A DNA stretch of 46,126 bases, from sequence record SRR20825006_1812; one strand, written 5' to 3'. The position numbers and the translations under genes are program-made. Shown here piece after piece: positions 8,700 to 19,533 of the stretch (the stretch's first letter is position 1; each line of letters opens with the position of its first letter). Below the pieces are notes generated by a model. It was given only the letters and a program-made list of their open reading frames with translations. It was not told where the DNA came from and searched no databases.

Positions 8700-10898
8700 A
8701 TGAAGTTTCTTACAACGTTGGCTTTTATTGTTTTAACAGCCACTCAAATTTTTGCACAGTCAGATCAGATCTTTCCAGAGCTTACAGGCACAGAGCTTAT
8801 CGATGAGTTGCGAGCAAATTTTTCGGTTACAAACCCAAGAGGCTACAACGGAGCACGTGATGCAATGTATAGCACCATTGATAATAAAGACGGAAAAGTA
8901 ACGGGTGTTTATTCTGGTTATACAATTACAACTAACAGTCGTGGAGATGCCTATAATAAAGGTATAAATACGGAGCATACTTGGCCTCAGGGTAAATTTG
9001 ATAGTAGCGAGCCCATGAGAGGGGATATTCACCACTTATTCCCAACAAGAATTGACGTGAATGGAGCTAGAAGTAATTATCCCTTCGCTGAAATTCCAGA
9101 TAATCAGACAAGTACTTGGTATACAGGTTCAACAAATCAGTCAGGTATCCCAAGTTCAAATATTGATGATTACAGTGAATTGTTGGGTGGATCTTCTTTT
9201 GAACCACGAGAAGATCATAAGGGAAACGCAGCACGAGCAATTTTCTATTTTTGGACGATATATCAAGACAAAGGCAACGTTGCTGACGACGCATCGTTCT
9301 TTAACGGAATGAAAGATGTTCTACTTACATGGCATGATGCTGATCCTGTTGATGCCGCTGAAGTAGCAAGAAGTTTAGGAGCAGAAACGGCTCAAGGAAA
9401 TAGAAATCCTTTTATCCACGATACCACACTTGTACGTAGAGCGTATTTTGGTGGAACACCGAATCCTACAACAAATCCACCAAACCCAGTAACGGGAAAA
9501 ATTAGCGAAATTAGTGCCAATTCGTTCAAGGTGGAATATGCAAAAGGTTCGAGTACAGCAACAGCAAGTTTTGATGTTGGACAAGGCTTTGAAGCCAAAG
9601 ATCCAGAAGGTGTAGCGTTTACGTTAAGCGATTATTCTGTAATTGAAGAAGCTAAAGTAACTTGGGAATCTGGAAGTGAAGAAGGTTCATACAATGCAAC
9701 CATAATGGAAGTTATTCTTTTTGAGAAAGAGCCTGTAATTATAGCCAATCCATTACGTGGCGAACTTAATAAAATTACAGATACCTCATTTGAAATTACT
9801 TATAACCCCGAGACCAAAGACGCTGAAAATCCTCTTTTTGAGGGAGCAAGTCAGGCCAAAGAGAATATACTATATGATTCCAAAACGGTAGCTACTGATC
9901 CGAACGGAGAAACAATTACGCTTAACGAATATTCTCTTATTGAAGACGCGATTGTATGGTGGACATCTGACGATTCAAATATGATTGCCGATAGCATTAA
10001 AGTAATTAGCTTTGGCGAGACTGACACCACAGTTGTAGTGGGTTCGGGGAGTTCATTTGCCTTAACTATAACAGGAGTTTTTGATGCTACATTAACAGGA
10101 GGAACGCCAAAAGGTGTAGAACTTTATGCTAATGAAAACATTGAAGATTTAGCTGCTTTTGGAATAGGTTCTGCTAACAACGGAGAAGGCAGTGATGGTG
10201 TTGAGCTTCAATTGTCAGGCTCTATTGCACAGGGCGATTTCCTATACATTGCTACCGAAGAGTCAAATTTTAATGCTTGGTTCGGCTTTAATCCAGATTT
10301 AGTAGATAATATGGCCGTGGCTATAAACGGAAATGATGCTATCGAATTATTCTACGATTCCACCAAAGCATTCTCTGGTGCAGAAACAGTTGTTGATTTA
10401 TTCGGTAATATTAATAGCAACGAAAATGAATGGAAACACACTGATGGCTGGGCGTATAGAAAAGATTTTTCAGGTCCAGACGGTGATGTATTTGATATCA
10501 ATAATTGGACGTTCTCGGGAATTGATGCGTTTGAAGGATTTAGCTCAAACAGTGCTGCATCAAAGCCAATGCCAATTGGTACTTATAATCCTGGAGTAAT
10601 AAACAGTAATGAGGAAGATGTGCGAGAAACACCTTCTACTATTGTTCTGAATCAGAATTACCCCAATCCTTTTAATCCGCAAACAACCATCAGTTACTCT
10701 ATTGTTAATACTGGTGTAGTAAACCTAAAAGTGTTTAACATTTTAGGGCATGAGATTTCAACTTTGGTGAATAGAACACAATCTGCTGGTGCGTATTCGG
10801 TAGCTTTTGATGCCACCAATTTACCATCTGGTGTATACTTATATCGGCTTGATGCAGATGGCTTCTCTAGCTATAGAAAAATGATGCTTATAAAATAA
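8700..10898 (+). CDS. Secreted endonuclease I-family nuclease with duplicated middle modules, an acidic accessory domain and a T9SS/Por-type C-terminal sorting domain
   Basis: Signal peptide; NTEHTWPQ, DIHHLFP, NGARSN, KGNAARAIFY, QGNRNPF nuclease motifs; C-terminal QNYPNPFNP..LPSGVYLYRL..KMMLIK. Confidence 0.88.
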   Translation: MKFLTTLAFIVLTATQIFAQSDQIFPELTGTELIDELRANFSVTNPRGYNGARDAMYSTIDNKDGKVTGVYSGYTITTNSRGDAYNKGINTEHTWPQGKFDSSEPMRGDIHHLFPTRIDVNGARSNYPFAEIPDNQTSTWYTGSTNQSGIPSSNIDDYSELLGGSSFEPREDHKGNAARAIFYFWTIYQDKGNVADDASFFNGMKDVLLTWHDADPVDAAEVARSLGAETAQGNRNPFIHDTTLVRRAYFGGTPNPTTNPPNPVTGKISEISANSFKVEYAKGSSTATASFDVGQGFEAKDPEGVAFTLSDYSVIEEAKVTWESGSEEGSYNATIMEVILFEKEPVIIANPLRGELNKITDTSFEITYNPETKDAENPLFEGASQAKENILYDSKTVATDPNGETITLNEYSLIEDAIVWWTSDDSNMIADSIKVISFGETDTTVVVGSGSSFALTITGVFDATLTGGTPKGVELYANENIEDLAAFGIGSANNGEGSDGVELQLSGSIAQGDFLYIATEESNFNAWFGFNPDLVDNMAVAINGNDAIELFYDSTKAFSGAETVVDLFGNINSNENEWKHTDGWAYRKDFSGPDGDVFDINNWTFSGIDAFEGFSSNSAASKPMPIGTYNPGVINSNEEDVRETPSTIVLNQNYPNPFNPQTTISYSIVNTGVVNLKVFNILGHEISTLVNRTQSAGAYSVAFDATNLPSGVYLYRLDADGFSSYRKMMLIK

Positions 10899-10911
10899 TT
10901 AGAGCTGGTTT

Positions 10912-10942
10912 AAGATAAGAGTGAGATTTTTACTCTTATCTT
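10912..10942 (+). terminator. Stem-loop after the nuclease gene (probable terminator or stabiliser)
   Basis: AAGATAAGAGT/ACTCTTATCTT 11-bp inverted repeat; no strong U tract. Confidence 0.5.
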
Positions 10943-11127
10943 GGCTAAGCCTTTACTGCTGTATTCCTCAATCATTACCATCTTTATTCAGCGACAAAAC
11001 TAGGATAGATTTTTTCTTCAAATCGATAAATCTTTTTTTGTAGCACTCGAAGTTGTTACTTCATATAAACAAAAGTGAGTGTTGTTAGGGTCTCATTTTT
11101 TGCTTCGATTATTTGTACTATTGAGGC

Positions 11128-12252
11128 ATGAAAATTTCCCGGCTAGAGTTACTACATTTTAGGAATCATAAAAAGACTGAGGTTGAGTGGGGCTCGCATC
11201 TTAATATTATAACTGGGCCAAATGGCGCAGGTAAAACGAGCTTAATTGATGCCATTCATTACCTATGTATGTCGCGCAGTTTTGTTTCAAATACAGACTT
11301 ATACGTGATAAACAGCGATGAAACCTATTTTATGATTAAAGGTTTTTTTGAAGGAAATATTCGCAAAGAGTTTGATGTTTCTTGTACTTACTCAAGGGGC
11401 GATGGAAAAAAGATTTTTGTCAATGATTCTCCACTAGATCGACTTTCGGATTTAATTGGGATGGTGCCAGTGGTGGCTTTATCTCCAGATGACAAAAAAC
11501 TAACTCTTGATGGGCCAGCAGAAAGACGAACTTTTCTAGATTCCTTTATAAGCCAGATTTCTAATTCTTACTTGAGAGATTTACTGAGCTATAGAAAAGT
11601 AAGGAGGCAGAGAAATGCACTTCTTCAAGATTTTAAAGGTCCAACTTCTGTACTAAAAACTTATTTAGAACCTTGGAATAATCAACTTGTGAGTGCAGGA
11701 TCAAGAATAATTGCAAAAAGATTTGAAGTACTCGAAAACTTTAAAGCGTATTTGGCAAAAGATTACGCAATGATTTCTGGAATGGATTTAACTACCAATT
11801 TATCCTATGAAACATTCTGCGAGCCTTCGATAAATCCCGATGAAGTGGCTACGCAATATGCAGAAAAGCTTGACGCAATAATGGATAAAGAAATTGAACG
11901 CGAACAAACTTTGCTTGGTCCACATCGCGATGAAATAACCTTTTATTTAGATGATTTTGAGCTTCGAAGGTTTGGCTCTCAAGGCCAGCACAGGTTGTTT
12001 GCACTTTCGTTAAAATTAGCTCAATTACATTACTATTCAGACGAGCTAGACGACTTGCCAATCTTGATGTTAGATGACGTGTTTGGGGATTTAGATCCGA
12101 AAAAAACAGAAGCCCTCCTTAAAACATTGCAAGAGCATCAAGGACAGATTTTTATTACATCAGCCAATCCGGTACCTTTTGAACAGTATGTTGATTTTGA
12201 TGGCAAAAAAAATCGATTTTATACCGTAAGTGAGGGTCAAATTCTAGGGTAG
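11128..12252 (+). CDS. recF: DNA replication/repair protein RecF
   Basis: FRNH, GPNGAGKT, GPAERRTFLD, GPHRDE, GSQGQ, LMLDDVFGDLD. Confidence 0.96.
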   Translation: MKISRLELLHFRNHKKTEVEWGSHLNIITGPNGAGKTSLIDAIHYLCMSRSFVSNTDLYVINSDETYFMIKGFFEGNIRKEFDVSCTYSRGDGKKIFVNDSPLDRLSDLIGMVPVVALSPDDKKLTLDGPAERRTFLDSFISQISNSYLRDLLSYRKVRRQRNALLQDFKGPTSVLKTYLEPWNNQLVSAGSRIIAKRFEVLENFKAYLAKDYAMISGMDLTTNLSYETFCEPSINPDEVATQYAEKLDAIMDKEIEREQTLLGPHRDEITFYLDDFELRRFGSQGQHRLFALSLKLAQLHYYSDELDDLPILMLDDVFGDLDPKKTEALLKTLQEHQGQIFITSANPVPFEQYVDFDGKKNRFYTVSEGQILG

Positions 12253-12293
12253 GAAATCTTGAATTAACAGTTAATTTTTTAATAAATCATCTA

Positions 12294-12587
12294 GTGCGCT
12301 TCGACACACCAAAACCAATTAGTGCTGCTTTACAAGATTTCTTGGATAAGTTTCCTCAAAAAAAGAAGCTTAAGCAAGGTATGATATTATCAATTTGGGA
12401 AGAAGTTGCTGGCGAACGGATTGCTTCACAAACCACAAACTTACACTTTGAAGGTAATAACTTAGTTATGTCGGTTCAGAACCAAGTTTGGAGGCATGAA
12501 ATTCATGCAAACAGGTTCAGCATTGCCAAACGACTGAACGCCAAAGTAAAAGGCCAAGTTGTAGGAGATATAATAGTACGAGGCTAG
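12294..12587 (+). CDS. dciA: DUF721 / DciA family protein
   Basis: WEEVAGERIASQT..L.M.V....WRHEI pattern; follows recF; GTG start. Confidence 0.8.
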   Translation: MRFDTPKPISAALQDFLDKFPQKKKLKQGMILSIWEEVAGERIASQTTNLHFEGNNLVMSVQNQVWRHEIHANRFSIAKRLNAKVKGQVVGDIIVRG

Positions 12588-12624
12588 TTGTATTAAGCAA
12601 ACTCTCGTTCTATATTCGTGAATT

Positions 12625-13638
12625 ATGGCAGACAATTACTTTAAAAAAATTCAAGACTGGCTATCATCCATTGCTAAGAAAGGCACCAAGCCTGGAACGG
12701 AAGAAGTACAGGCTGTTTTCGCAAAAAAAGAACGAATTTTCGTTTTTGCGATGGCGTATATAATTGCGCTTAGTATGTGGCTAATTGTTAACCTCAATGG
12801 CATTTTCAATATCACAATAAAAATGCCCGTTGCCATTGGAAATATCCCAAATGATTTAGCCCTTACCGACGATTTACCTGAATTTGTAGAGGTTAGCTTA
12901 AGTGGTACTGCTCTTCCATTAATTAGTTTGTACAATAATCCACCGTCGGTATCTATAGACGTGGAAGCTTCCGAAGTAAATCTTTTTAACCAAGTTCGCC
13001 AACGAATGAACACCATTCAAGAAGTTGAAGTGGTGAAAGTTGAGCCTATTTTAGTAAAGGTTGAATTAGAGAAGAAAGCGACAAAAAAAATCCCTATTCG
13101 ATTACAATCTGAATTAGCTTTCGAAAACAGATTCGGGCTGATAAGTTCCCCGAAACTTGTTCCTGATAGTATTGAGATTACAGGCGCAGTGTCACAATTA
13201 AGATTAATTCAGAATTGGGTTTTAAAAGACACTCTTAAGTTGACTGGAATAAGAGATGATATTCAAGAGAGTATCGCGATAAAAAATGAAAACCCTCTTA
13301 TTACAACTTCTTTAGAGGAAGTGAGCTACACTGCAAACGTCTCAGAATTTACAGAAAGTGAAGTGAGTGTTTTAATAAAAACTAGAGACTTGCCAAGAGG
13401 CGAAAGCATAACGTATAATCCAGCATCTATAACTATAAAGTACGATGTTCCGCTTGAACAATACGCAGAAATAACTAGAGTTAGACCTTACGAAGTGTAT
13501 GTACCGTACAGTAAAATTGAAGAAGATATGACTGGTTTTGTTACTCCAGACATTGAACTTGTAACACCACAGTATGTGCTAAAGTTGAGAAGTTTTCAAC
13601 CTAAAGCTGTTGCTTATTTTAGTGTGTTGGATCAATAA
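12625..13638 (+). CDS. YbbR/CdaR-like membrane-anchored protein
   Basis: N-terminal TM (IIALSMWLIVNL); YbbR-like beta repeats (VEVSLSG, PDSIEITG, NPASITI). Confidence 0.7.
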   Translation: MADNYFKKIQDWLSSIAKKGTKPGTEEVQAVFAKKERIFVFAMAYIIALSMWLIVNLNGIFNITIKMPVAIGNIPNDLALTDDLPEFVEVSLSGTALPLISLYNNPPSVSIDVEASEVNLFNQVRQRMNTIQEVEVVKVEPILVKVELEKKATKKIPIRLQSELAFENRFGLISSPKLVPDSIEITGAVSQLRLIQNWVLKDTLKLTGIRDDIQESIAIKNENPLITTSLEEVSYTANVSEFTESEVSVLIKTRDLPRGESITYNPASITIKYDVPLEQYAEITRVRPYEVYVPYSKIEEDMTGFVTPDIELVTPQYVLKLRSFQPKAVAYFSVLDQ

Positions 13639-13684
13639 TTACTGAGCTTATTTACCTCTGAGTTGAGAAAGGAAAATCTAAGTG

Positions 13685-14926
13685 CTAAACCGCTAATTCC
13701 TCAAAAGGCTTGATGGCTTCCGCTACTTCCTTAGTGTCATCGAAAAAGCTGAGTAATTTTAGAACAACTTCATCCACAAGTACATCTGGACAAGAAGCGC
13801 CCGAAGTAATGGCAACTCTCAAAGGGCTTTGACTTTTTGGAAGCCAGTTTGGGGTTTCCAAAAGCTCTTTCTTCCACTGGTCAAAATGGCGAATGGTTTC
13901 TTCTGAAATTAATTCCGATGCATCTCTAACATGAAAAGTTGGGAAACTGTGTTCCAAAATCTCAACCAAATGCATGGTATTTGAGGAATTGTAGCCACCC
14001 ACAACAATGGCAATGTCGGCAGAGGTTTTAGCAAGGGCTAAGGTAGCTGATTGATTTTCGTTAGTTGCGTAGCACAAAGTATCAGAAGTATCTGCAAAGT
14101 GATCTAAGATGTCAGAAGTTCCAAATCGTTTTACGGTGGCTTCCTTCAAAATGTCCATAACTTCTTGCGTTTCCGTAGCCAACATGGTTGTTTGGTTAAT
14201 TACACCAAACCGCTGTAAATCTGTTATAGGATTAAAACCTGGCGTAGATTTATGCCCAAAGTAGATTTCAAAATCTGAAATAGGACGTTCTTCCGTCATT
14301 ATTTCAGCAAGAATTTTCGCTTCGTCAACATTAAGCACAACCACTACTGCCGAATGTTGTGCACTTTGAGAAAACGTAGCACGAGTTTCTTCATGAGCGT
14401 GTTTACCATGCACAACTAAACTGTATTCTTTCTTGCCGAGCTGTTTTCCTCGCTTCCAAACTTTCTCAACAAAAGGACAAGTAGTATTAAAAGCGTATGG
14501 GTTAATCCCAACTTCTTGAAGTTGATTCTGAATATCTATGGTGGTTCCAAAAGCGGGAACAATGACAATATCTTCGGAATTTAATGAAGAAATAGGAATA
14601 CGCTCGGTGCCATCAGTGTCAAAAAGGAATTTAATGCCTTTAGCCAGTAAATCTTCGTTTACCGTTGGGTTGTGAATCATCTCGCTAAGTAGGTAGATAT
14701 TCTTATCAGAGTGCTCCTCAACGGCTCTATAAGCGATATCAATAGCATTTTCAACTCCGTAGCAGAAACCAAAAAATCGAGGAATTAAGAACTGAACTGG
14801 ACCAAAATCGAGCACGCTAGGCTCTAGGTCTTTTTTCATTGGATCAGTAATTTTTGTCGCTTCTTTCACCAATCGGATGATAGGCGACTTGTACATTTCG
14901 GGGATGTTGAATTGCTTACGTGCCAA
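13685..14926 (-). CDS. ispH: 4-hydroxy-3-methylbut-2-enyl diphosphate reductase
   Basis: GFCYGV, IHNP, TTCPFV, TLCYAT, GGYNSSNT, TSGASCP. Confidence 0.95.
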   Translation of the reverse strand: MARKQFNIPEMYKSPIIRLVKEATKITDPMKKDLEPSVLDFGPVQFLIPRFFGFCYGVENAIDIAYRAVEEHSDKNIYLLSEMIHNPTVNEDLLAKGIKFLFDTDGTERIPISSLNSEDIVIVPAFGTTIDIQNQLQEVGINPYAFNTTCPFVEKVWKRGKQLGKKEYSLVVHGKHAHEETRATFSQSAQHSAVVVVLNVDEAKILAEIMTEERPISDFEIYFGHKSTPGFNPITDLQRFGVINQTTMLATETQEVMDILKEATVKRFGTSDILDHFADTSDTLCYATNENQSATLALAKTSADIAIVVGGYNSSNTMHLVEILEHSFPTFHVRDASELISEETIRHFDQWKKELLETPNWLPKSQSPLRVAITSGASCPDVLVDEVVLKLLSFFDDTKEVAEAIKPFEELAV

Positions 14927-15085
14927 GACAGGGTTATTCGTAATTTGTTAGTTGGTTACTTAAAACTAAACAGTTTTTTATAAAAATAGTTTTGAATGCC
15001 TAAGATAATGGTATCTGTAATAACTAGTTGGCACCAATTTTAAATTCAGAAGACAATATAGAATGCTACTTGTCTGTAGAGTTGA

Positions 15086-18000
15086 TTAAGCGACCTCATC
15101 CATACGAACGCCTACCAACTTACTAACGCCTGTTTCTGGCATGGTTACACCGTACATCATTTCAGCTTTACTCATAGTTTTTTTGTTATGAGTAATGATA
15201 ATGAACTGAGTTTGTGTGCTAAATTCTTTAATCATCTTCGCAAATCGCTCAATATTTGCATCATCTAGTGGGGCATCAACTTCATCCAGCACACAAAAAG
15301 GAGATGGCTTAACGAGGTAAATAGCGAAAAGAAGAGCAATCGCAGTAAGCGTTTTTTCACCGCCAGAGAGTTGAGAAATACCAGAAGGACGTTTCCCACG
15401 AGGTTGAGCTTTAATTTCAATTTTAGCTTCTAATGGATCCTCAACATCTTTCTCGATAATCAAATCGCAATAGTCATCTTCAAAGAAAAGTGTTTTAAAT
15501 ACTTTCTGAAAGTTTTGTCTGATTTGTTCAAACGTGACGTTAAAGCGCTCTGTTGCCGTAGTATTTACTTCGTCGATAGTTTCGAGAAGCTGTTTTTCTG
15601 CCTGATTTAAATCCTCAATTTGTTCTTCGTAGAAATCCAGCCGCTCTTTTTCTTCTCTATATTCATCAATGGCAAGAGCGTTCACTTCGCCAATAGCATT
15701 CAATTTCTGGCGGAGCCAATTAATACGTTGTTTTGCGTCTTCTGGAGTAGTGCTTTCTGGTAGCTCATTGTCAATTTGCTTCATGAGTGAGCCATAGGTT
15801 TCCCAGAGATGATCAGAAAGAGCTTGGCTTTGCATTTCCATCTTCTCTTTAGCCATAGAAAGATGGTGTACAAGCTCCATATTTACCTCTTTACGGCTTC
15901 GAACCTCTTTAAGCTGCCTCTCGTACTCGTTAATCTTTCCACGCTGTATGCTGGCAGCCTCTTCCGCTTTTTTCAGTGCTTCATCTGCGTCAACTTTCAG
16001 CTCTTGGTTAATCTCTAACTCTTCTTTAAGAGTCTCAATCTGAGAGGTAAATTCTTCAATTCGAGTTTTACTTTCAAAAGTTAGTTTTGCTCTATTTTCG
16101 ATACGAGCTTGTAAACCAGAAATACCAGTTTCAGCACGTCGAACATCGCGTTCGTGGTTCTCTACTTTATTCTTTAAATCTTGGTGCTTTAGTTGAGCGT
16201 CATTGTATCTGCTTTGAGAGATAGCACGATCATCTTCTAAAGTTTCGAGTAAATCTTTTTTTTGATTCTGTTTCTCATCTAGCTTCAGCATTTTTTTCTG
16301 CAATTCTTTTTGCTTCGGCTGGATGGAATCGAGCTCTTCTTGTGCGGTTCCTTCACTATTCTTGAGCGTATCTTTGCGATTAACTAGCTCGCTAATATTT
16401 TTTTGATAAACTTGGATCTTAGAACTTAAGCTGTGCTGCTGTTGTTCTAATCGACGAACTTCTTGCTCTTTTTCTTTTAATCCCTGGCTAAGTGCGGCTA
16501 CATCAAGTTTTTCATACTTCTCAATAATTTGGTCTAGATACTCGCTAAGCTTGGAAATTTCTTTTACAGTTTTAACTTCCTCAGCTTCTAGTTTCTCGAT
16601 TTTATCTTTCAACCCAACTCTAATACCTGCATTTTTACTTTTACTTCCACTTTGGAAAAAACGAGACTGAGTTACAACTTCGCCATCAAAAGTAACTCCA
16701 ATGGCTTCGGCAGTTTTGAGAGCCTGATATGCTTCCTCAACAGTATTGAAAACCAGCACATTACCGAGCAATAACTGTTTTAGTGCAGAGTATTCACGTT
16801 TTGATTTTACATGGTCAAAAAGGCTAGCGCTTTGAACTTCATAAGTAGCTGCAAGTTGGTCGAGAGGAATAAAAGTAGCCCGACCTTTTTTATTCTCTTT
16901 AAGAATTTGAGCGGCTCTTTGGGCTTCGGCTAATGTTTTAACAACTACAAAATTTAGGGCATCTCCAAGGGCAGCTTCTAAAGCAATAGCGTGTTTTTCG
17001 TCGGTATCGAAAATTTCAGAAACGGTGGTTAAGTCTTTAAACTCGAAGCGATGTTTATCGATTAGATATTTTACACTACTTGGGAATGCTTCGTTCGAAC
17101 TGGCTAAATCGTTCAGAAGTTGAATTTCCGAAGCAAGAGAAGCTTTTTTACTTTCTAAAACTCGGAGTTCATCTTTAATCTCATTTTGCTTTGCGGCAAA
17201 GCCTTCTCTTTTTTCACGTGCGGTTTCTAATTCTTTCTCTAGCTCATCACGGGTAATGGTTAAACCCTCAAGCTTGGTTTCAATGAGACCTTGTTCGCCA
17301 TTATAATTGTCTATTTCGTCATTCAAATCGACAATCTCGTCATTAATGCGCTCTAAATCGCCCTCAGTATTTTCAAGGCGAGATTCAATTTTTATGCGCT
17401 GTGTTTGAAGAGTACCAAGCTCGTTATTTGCGGTGCTAAGTTGTAACTCAATTTCATACAATTCATGCCGCTCTTTATTATACTGTTGTTGAATTTGTGA
17501 GTATTGTTTCTTCGATTCTTCAAGGATTCTACTAGAATTTGCGAGCTCATCATCAAAAGATTCTAGCTTAATTTTACTATTGGTAAGCATATCCATGAGC
17601 TCTTTTAGGTCAACTTCGCCTTGCTCAATATCTTTAGAATATCCAGATATTACTTTCTTTTCGTTTTCAATTTTCTCGCTAGTAATACGTAAAGTGGTAT
17701 CTGCTTCGCGGATTGCATTATGCAATTGACTTACATGGCGTTGCTCTTCAGACTGCTGCTTCTCTTTATCTAGTAATTCTTTCCGAGCCTTTTCGTCATT
17801 ACTTTCTAATTCTTCAATGCCGGAGTTAATTTCTTTACGTTCCTTTTCGGCATTTTCAATTCGATCTTGTAGAGGTTCTAGCTCTACCTTTATTTTATTA
17901 AAATCGTGTAAAGTTAGCGCTTTATCTAAACTTTCAAGTTCTACCTTATAGGTTTTTGCCTTTTCGGCTTTCTCCGCTTGAATTTCTAATGATCGAGCTT

Positions 18001-18601
18001 TTTTGCGAAGTTCTATAAGTAGGTCGTCTACGCGTTGTAAATCTTTACGAGTATCTTCAAGCTTTCTAAGTGTCCGTTTCCGCTGATCTTTGTAGCGAGT
18101 AACACCAGCCGCTTCTTCAAACAATCTTCTGCGGTCGTTATTCTTATCGTTCAGGATTTCTTCTACCATCTTGAGCTCAATAACCGAGTAAGCGTCTGAG
18201 CCCATTCCGGTATCCATAAAGAGTTCCATGATGTCTTTTAAGCGACAAGAAGTGTTATTAATCAGATATTCACTATCACCAGAGCGATAAAGTCGGCGCG
18301 TAATAGTTACTTCGCTATATTCGATTGGTAAAAGGCCTTTATCGTTCACAAAAGTGAGCGAGACTTCGGCCATTCCAAGAGCTTTCTTTTTTGCAGTACC
18401 GTTAAAAATAACGTTACTCATTGCTGAAGAACGTAAAAGCGATGGTCGTTGCTCTCCTAATACCCACCGGAGAGCATCAACAATATTGGATTTTCCACAC
18501 CCATTTGGCCCAACAATCGAAGTAATCCCACTATCAAATGAGACTTTCGTTTTGTGGGCAAAACTTTTAAACCCTTGTAAGCTTAATTCGGATATATACA
18601 T
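15086..18601 (-). CDS. smc: Chromosome segregation protein SMC
   Basis: GFKSFA, GPNGCGKSN, long coiled coils around a hinge (GRATFIPL), LSGGEK, LDEVDAPLD. Confidence 0.97.
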   Translation of the reverse strand: MYISELSLQGFKSFAHKTKVSFDSGITSIVGPNGCGKSNIVDALRWVLGEQRPSLLRSSAMSNVIFNGTAKKKALGMAEVSLTFVNDKGLLPIEYSEVTITRRLYRSGDSEYLINNTSCRLKDIMELFMDTGMGSDAYSVIELKMVEEILNDKNNDRRRLFEEAAGVTRYKDQRKRTLRKLEDTRKDLQRVDDLLIELRKKARSLEIQAEKAEKAKTYKVELESLDKALTLHDFNKIKVELEPLQDRIENAEKERKEINSGIEELESNDEKARKELLDKEKQQSEEQRHVSQLHNAIREADTTLRITSEKIENEKKVISGYSKDIEQGEVDLKELMDMLTNSKIKLESFDDELANSSRILEESKKQYSQIQQQYNKERHELYEIELQLSTANNELGTLQTQRIKIESRLENTEGDLERINDEIVDLNDEIDNYNGEQGLIETKLEGLTITRDELEKELETAREKREGFAAKQNEIKDELRVLESKKASLASEIQLLNDLASSNEAFPSSVKYLIDKHRFEFKDLTTVSEIFDTDEKHAIALEAALGDALNFVVVKTLAEAQRAAQILKENKKGRATFIPLDQLAATYEVQSASLFDHVKSKREYSALKQLLLGNVLVFNTVEEAYQALKTAEAIGVTFDGEVVTQSRFFQSGSKSKNAGIRVGLKDKIEKLEAEEVKTVKEISKLSEYLDQIIEKYEKLDVAALSQGLKEKEQEVRRLEQQQHSLSSKIQVYQKNISELVNRKDTLKNSEGTAQEELDSIQPKQKELQKKMLKLDEKQNQKKDLLETLEDDRAISQSRYNDAQLKHQDLKNKVENHERDVRRAETGISGLQARIENRAKLTFESKTRIEEFTSQIETLKEELEINQELKVDADEALKKAEEAASIQRGKINEYERQLKEVRSRKEVNMELVHHLSMAKEKMEMQSQALSDHLWETYGSLMKQIDNELPESTTPEDAKQRINWLRQKLNAIGEVNALAIDEYREEKERLDFYEEQIEDLNQAEKQLLETIDEVNTTATERFNVTFEQIRQNFQKVFKTLFFEDDYCDLIIEKDVEDPLEAKIEIKAQPRGKRPSGISQLSGGEKTLTAIALLFAIYLVKPSPFCVLDEVDAPLDDANIERFAKMIKEFSTQTQFIIITHNKKTMSKAEMMYGVTMPETGVSKLVGVRMDEVA

Positions 18602-18685
18602 GGAATGAGTGTAGTAAAAAAAATAACCGATTTAGGATAAAACAGTATCCTGATTCTGGAGAATTTAATGTTCTCGTTATTGAAA

Positions 18686-19255
18686 TTAAACGGTCATTAT
18701 CTCGTCTTCTTTATGAGAAAGTAGCTCGTCCACTTTTTTGGTGTGCTTGTCGGTGAGTGTTTGTATCTCAGCTTCGGCTTCAAATTTAGAATCTTCTGGC
18801 AATGAGTGTTCTTCGATAGCTTTCTTCACAGCTTCATTAGCTTCTCGCCGAGAGTTTCGAATACTAATTCTAGCTTGTTCAGTTTTATCTTTAGTTAATT
18901 TCACTAATTCTTTACGGCGTTCTTCTGTAAGAATAGGTAAAGGAATTCTTATTAGCACTCCATCATTCATCGGGTTGAGCCCTAGCCCAGATGACATTAT
19001 TGCTTTTTCTATGGCAGTCATAGAAGCTTTATCGTATGGCTGAACAACGAGCATACGAGGCTCTGGTGCAGAAATACTTGCAAGCTGACGTAATGGTGTC
19101 ATTGAGCCATAATACTCAACTTGAACCGACTCAATGAGCGCTGGGTTTGCTTTTCCCGCACGGATGTGAGAAAATTCTTTTTTTAGATACAAGGTGGAAT
19201 CATCCATCTTCATATCTGCTTCATCAATAATTTCTTTTAATTCTTCGGCTAGCAT
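18686..19255 (-). CDS. frr: Ribosome recycling factor
   Basis: IRAGKANP, EYYGS.TPL, LTEERRKELVK, RISIRNSRR. Confidence 0.97.
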   Translation of the reverse strand: MLAEELKEIIDEADMKMDDSTLYLKKEFSHIRAGKANPALIESVQVEYYGSMTPLRQLASISAPEPRMLVVQPYDKASMTAIEKAIMSSGLGLNPMNDGVLIRIPLPILTEERRKELVKLTKDKTEQARISIRNSRREANEAVKKAIEEHSLPEDSKFEAEAEIQTLTDKHTKKVDELLSHKEDEIMTV

Positions 19256-19533
19256 ATCTAAAAATCTAATTTAACAGTATATTTTAAGCTTTATATAGAC
19301 CTCACGAAGTTAATAAAACTAGCACTTAATTCTTAATCAATGAATGGATAAATGAATGTAAATTATAAATTAGCTGTTTTTTACAATTCTATTTAGAGAA
19401 GCCTTTAATAGTCGATAAGGCCCAAATTCTAGCACATCTTTTAACGCTAACTTTAAATAGCTCAACTTGTTATTGTAAAGAAAAGTATTAGATTTGTCGC
19501 AATATAAAATTAACCCAATACTCTTTAATTTTT

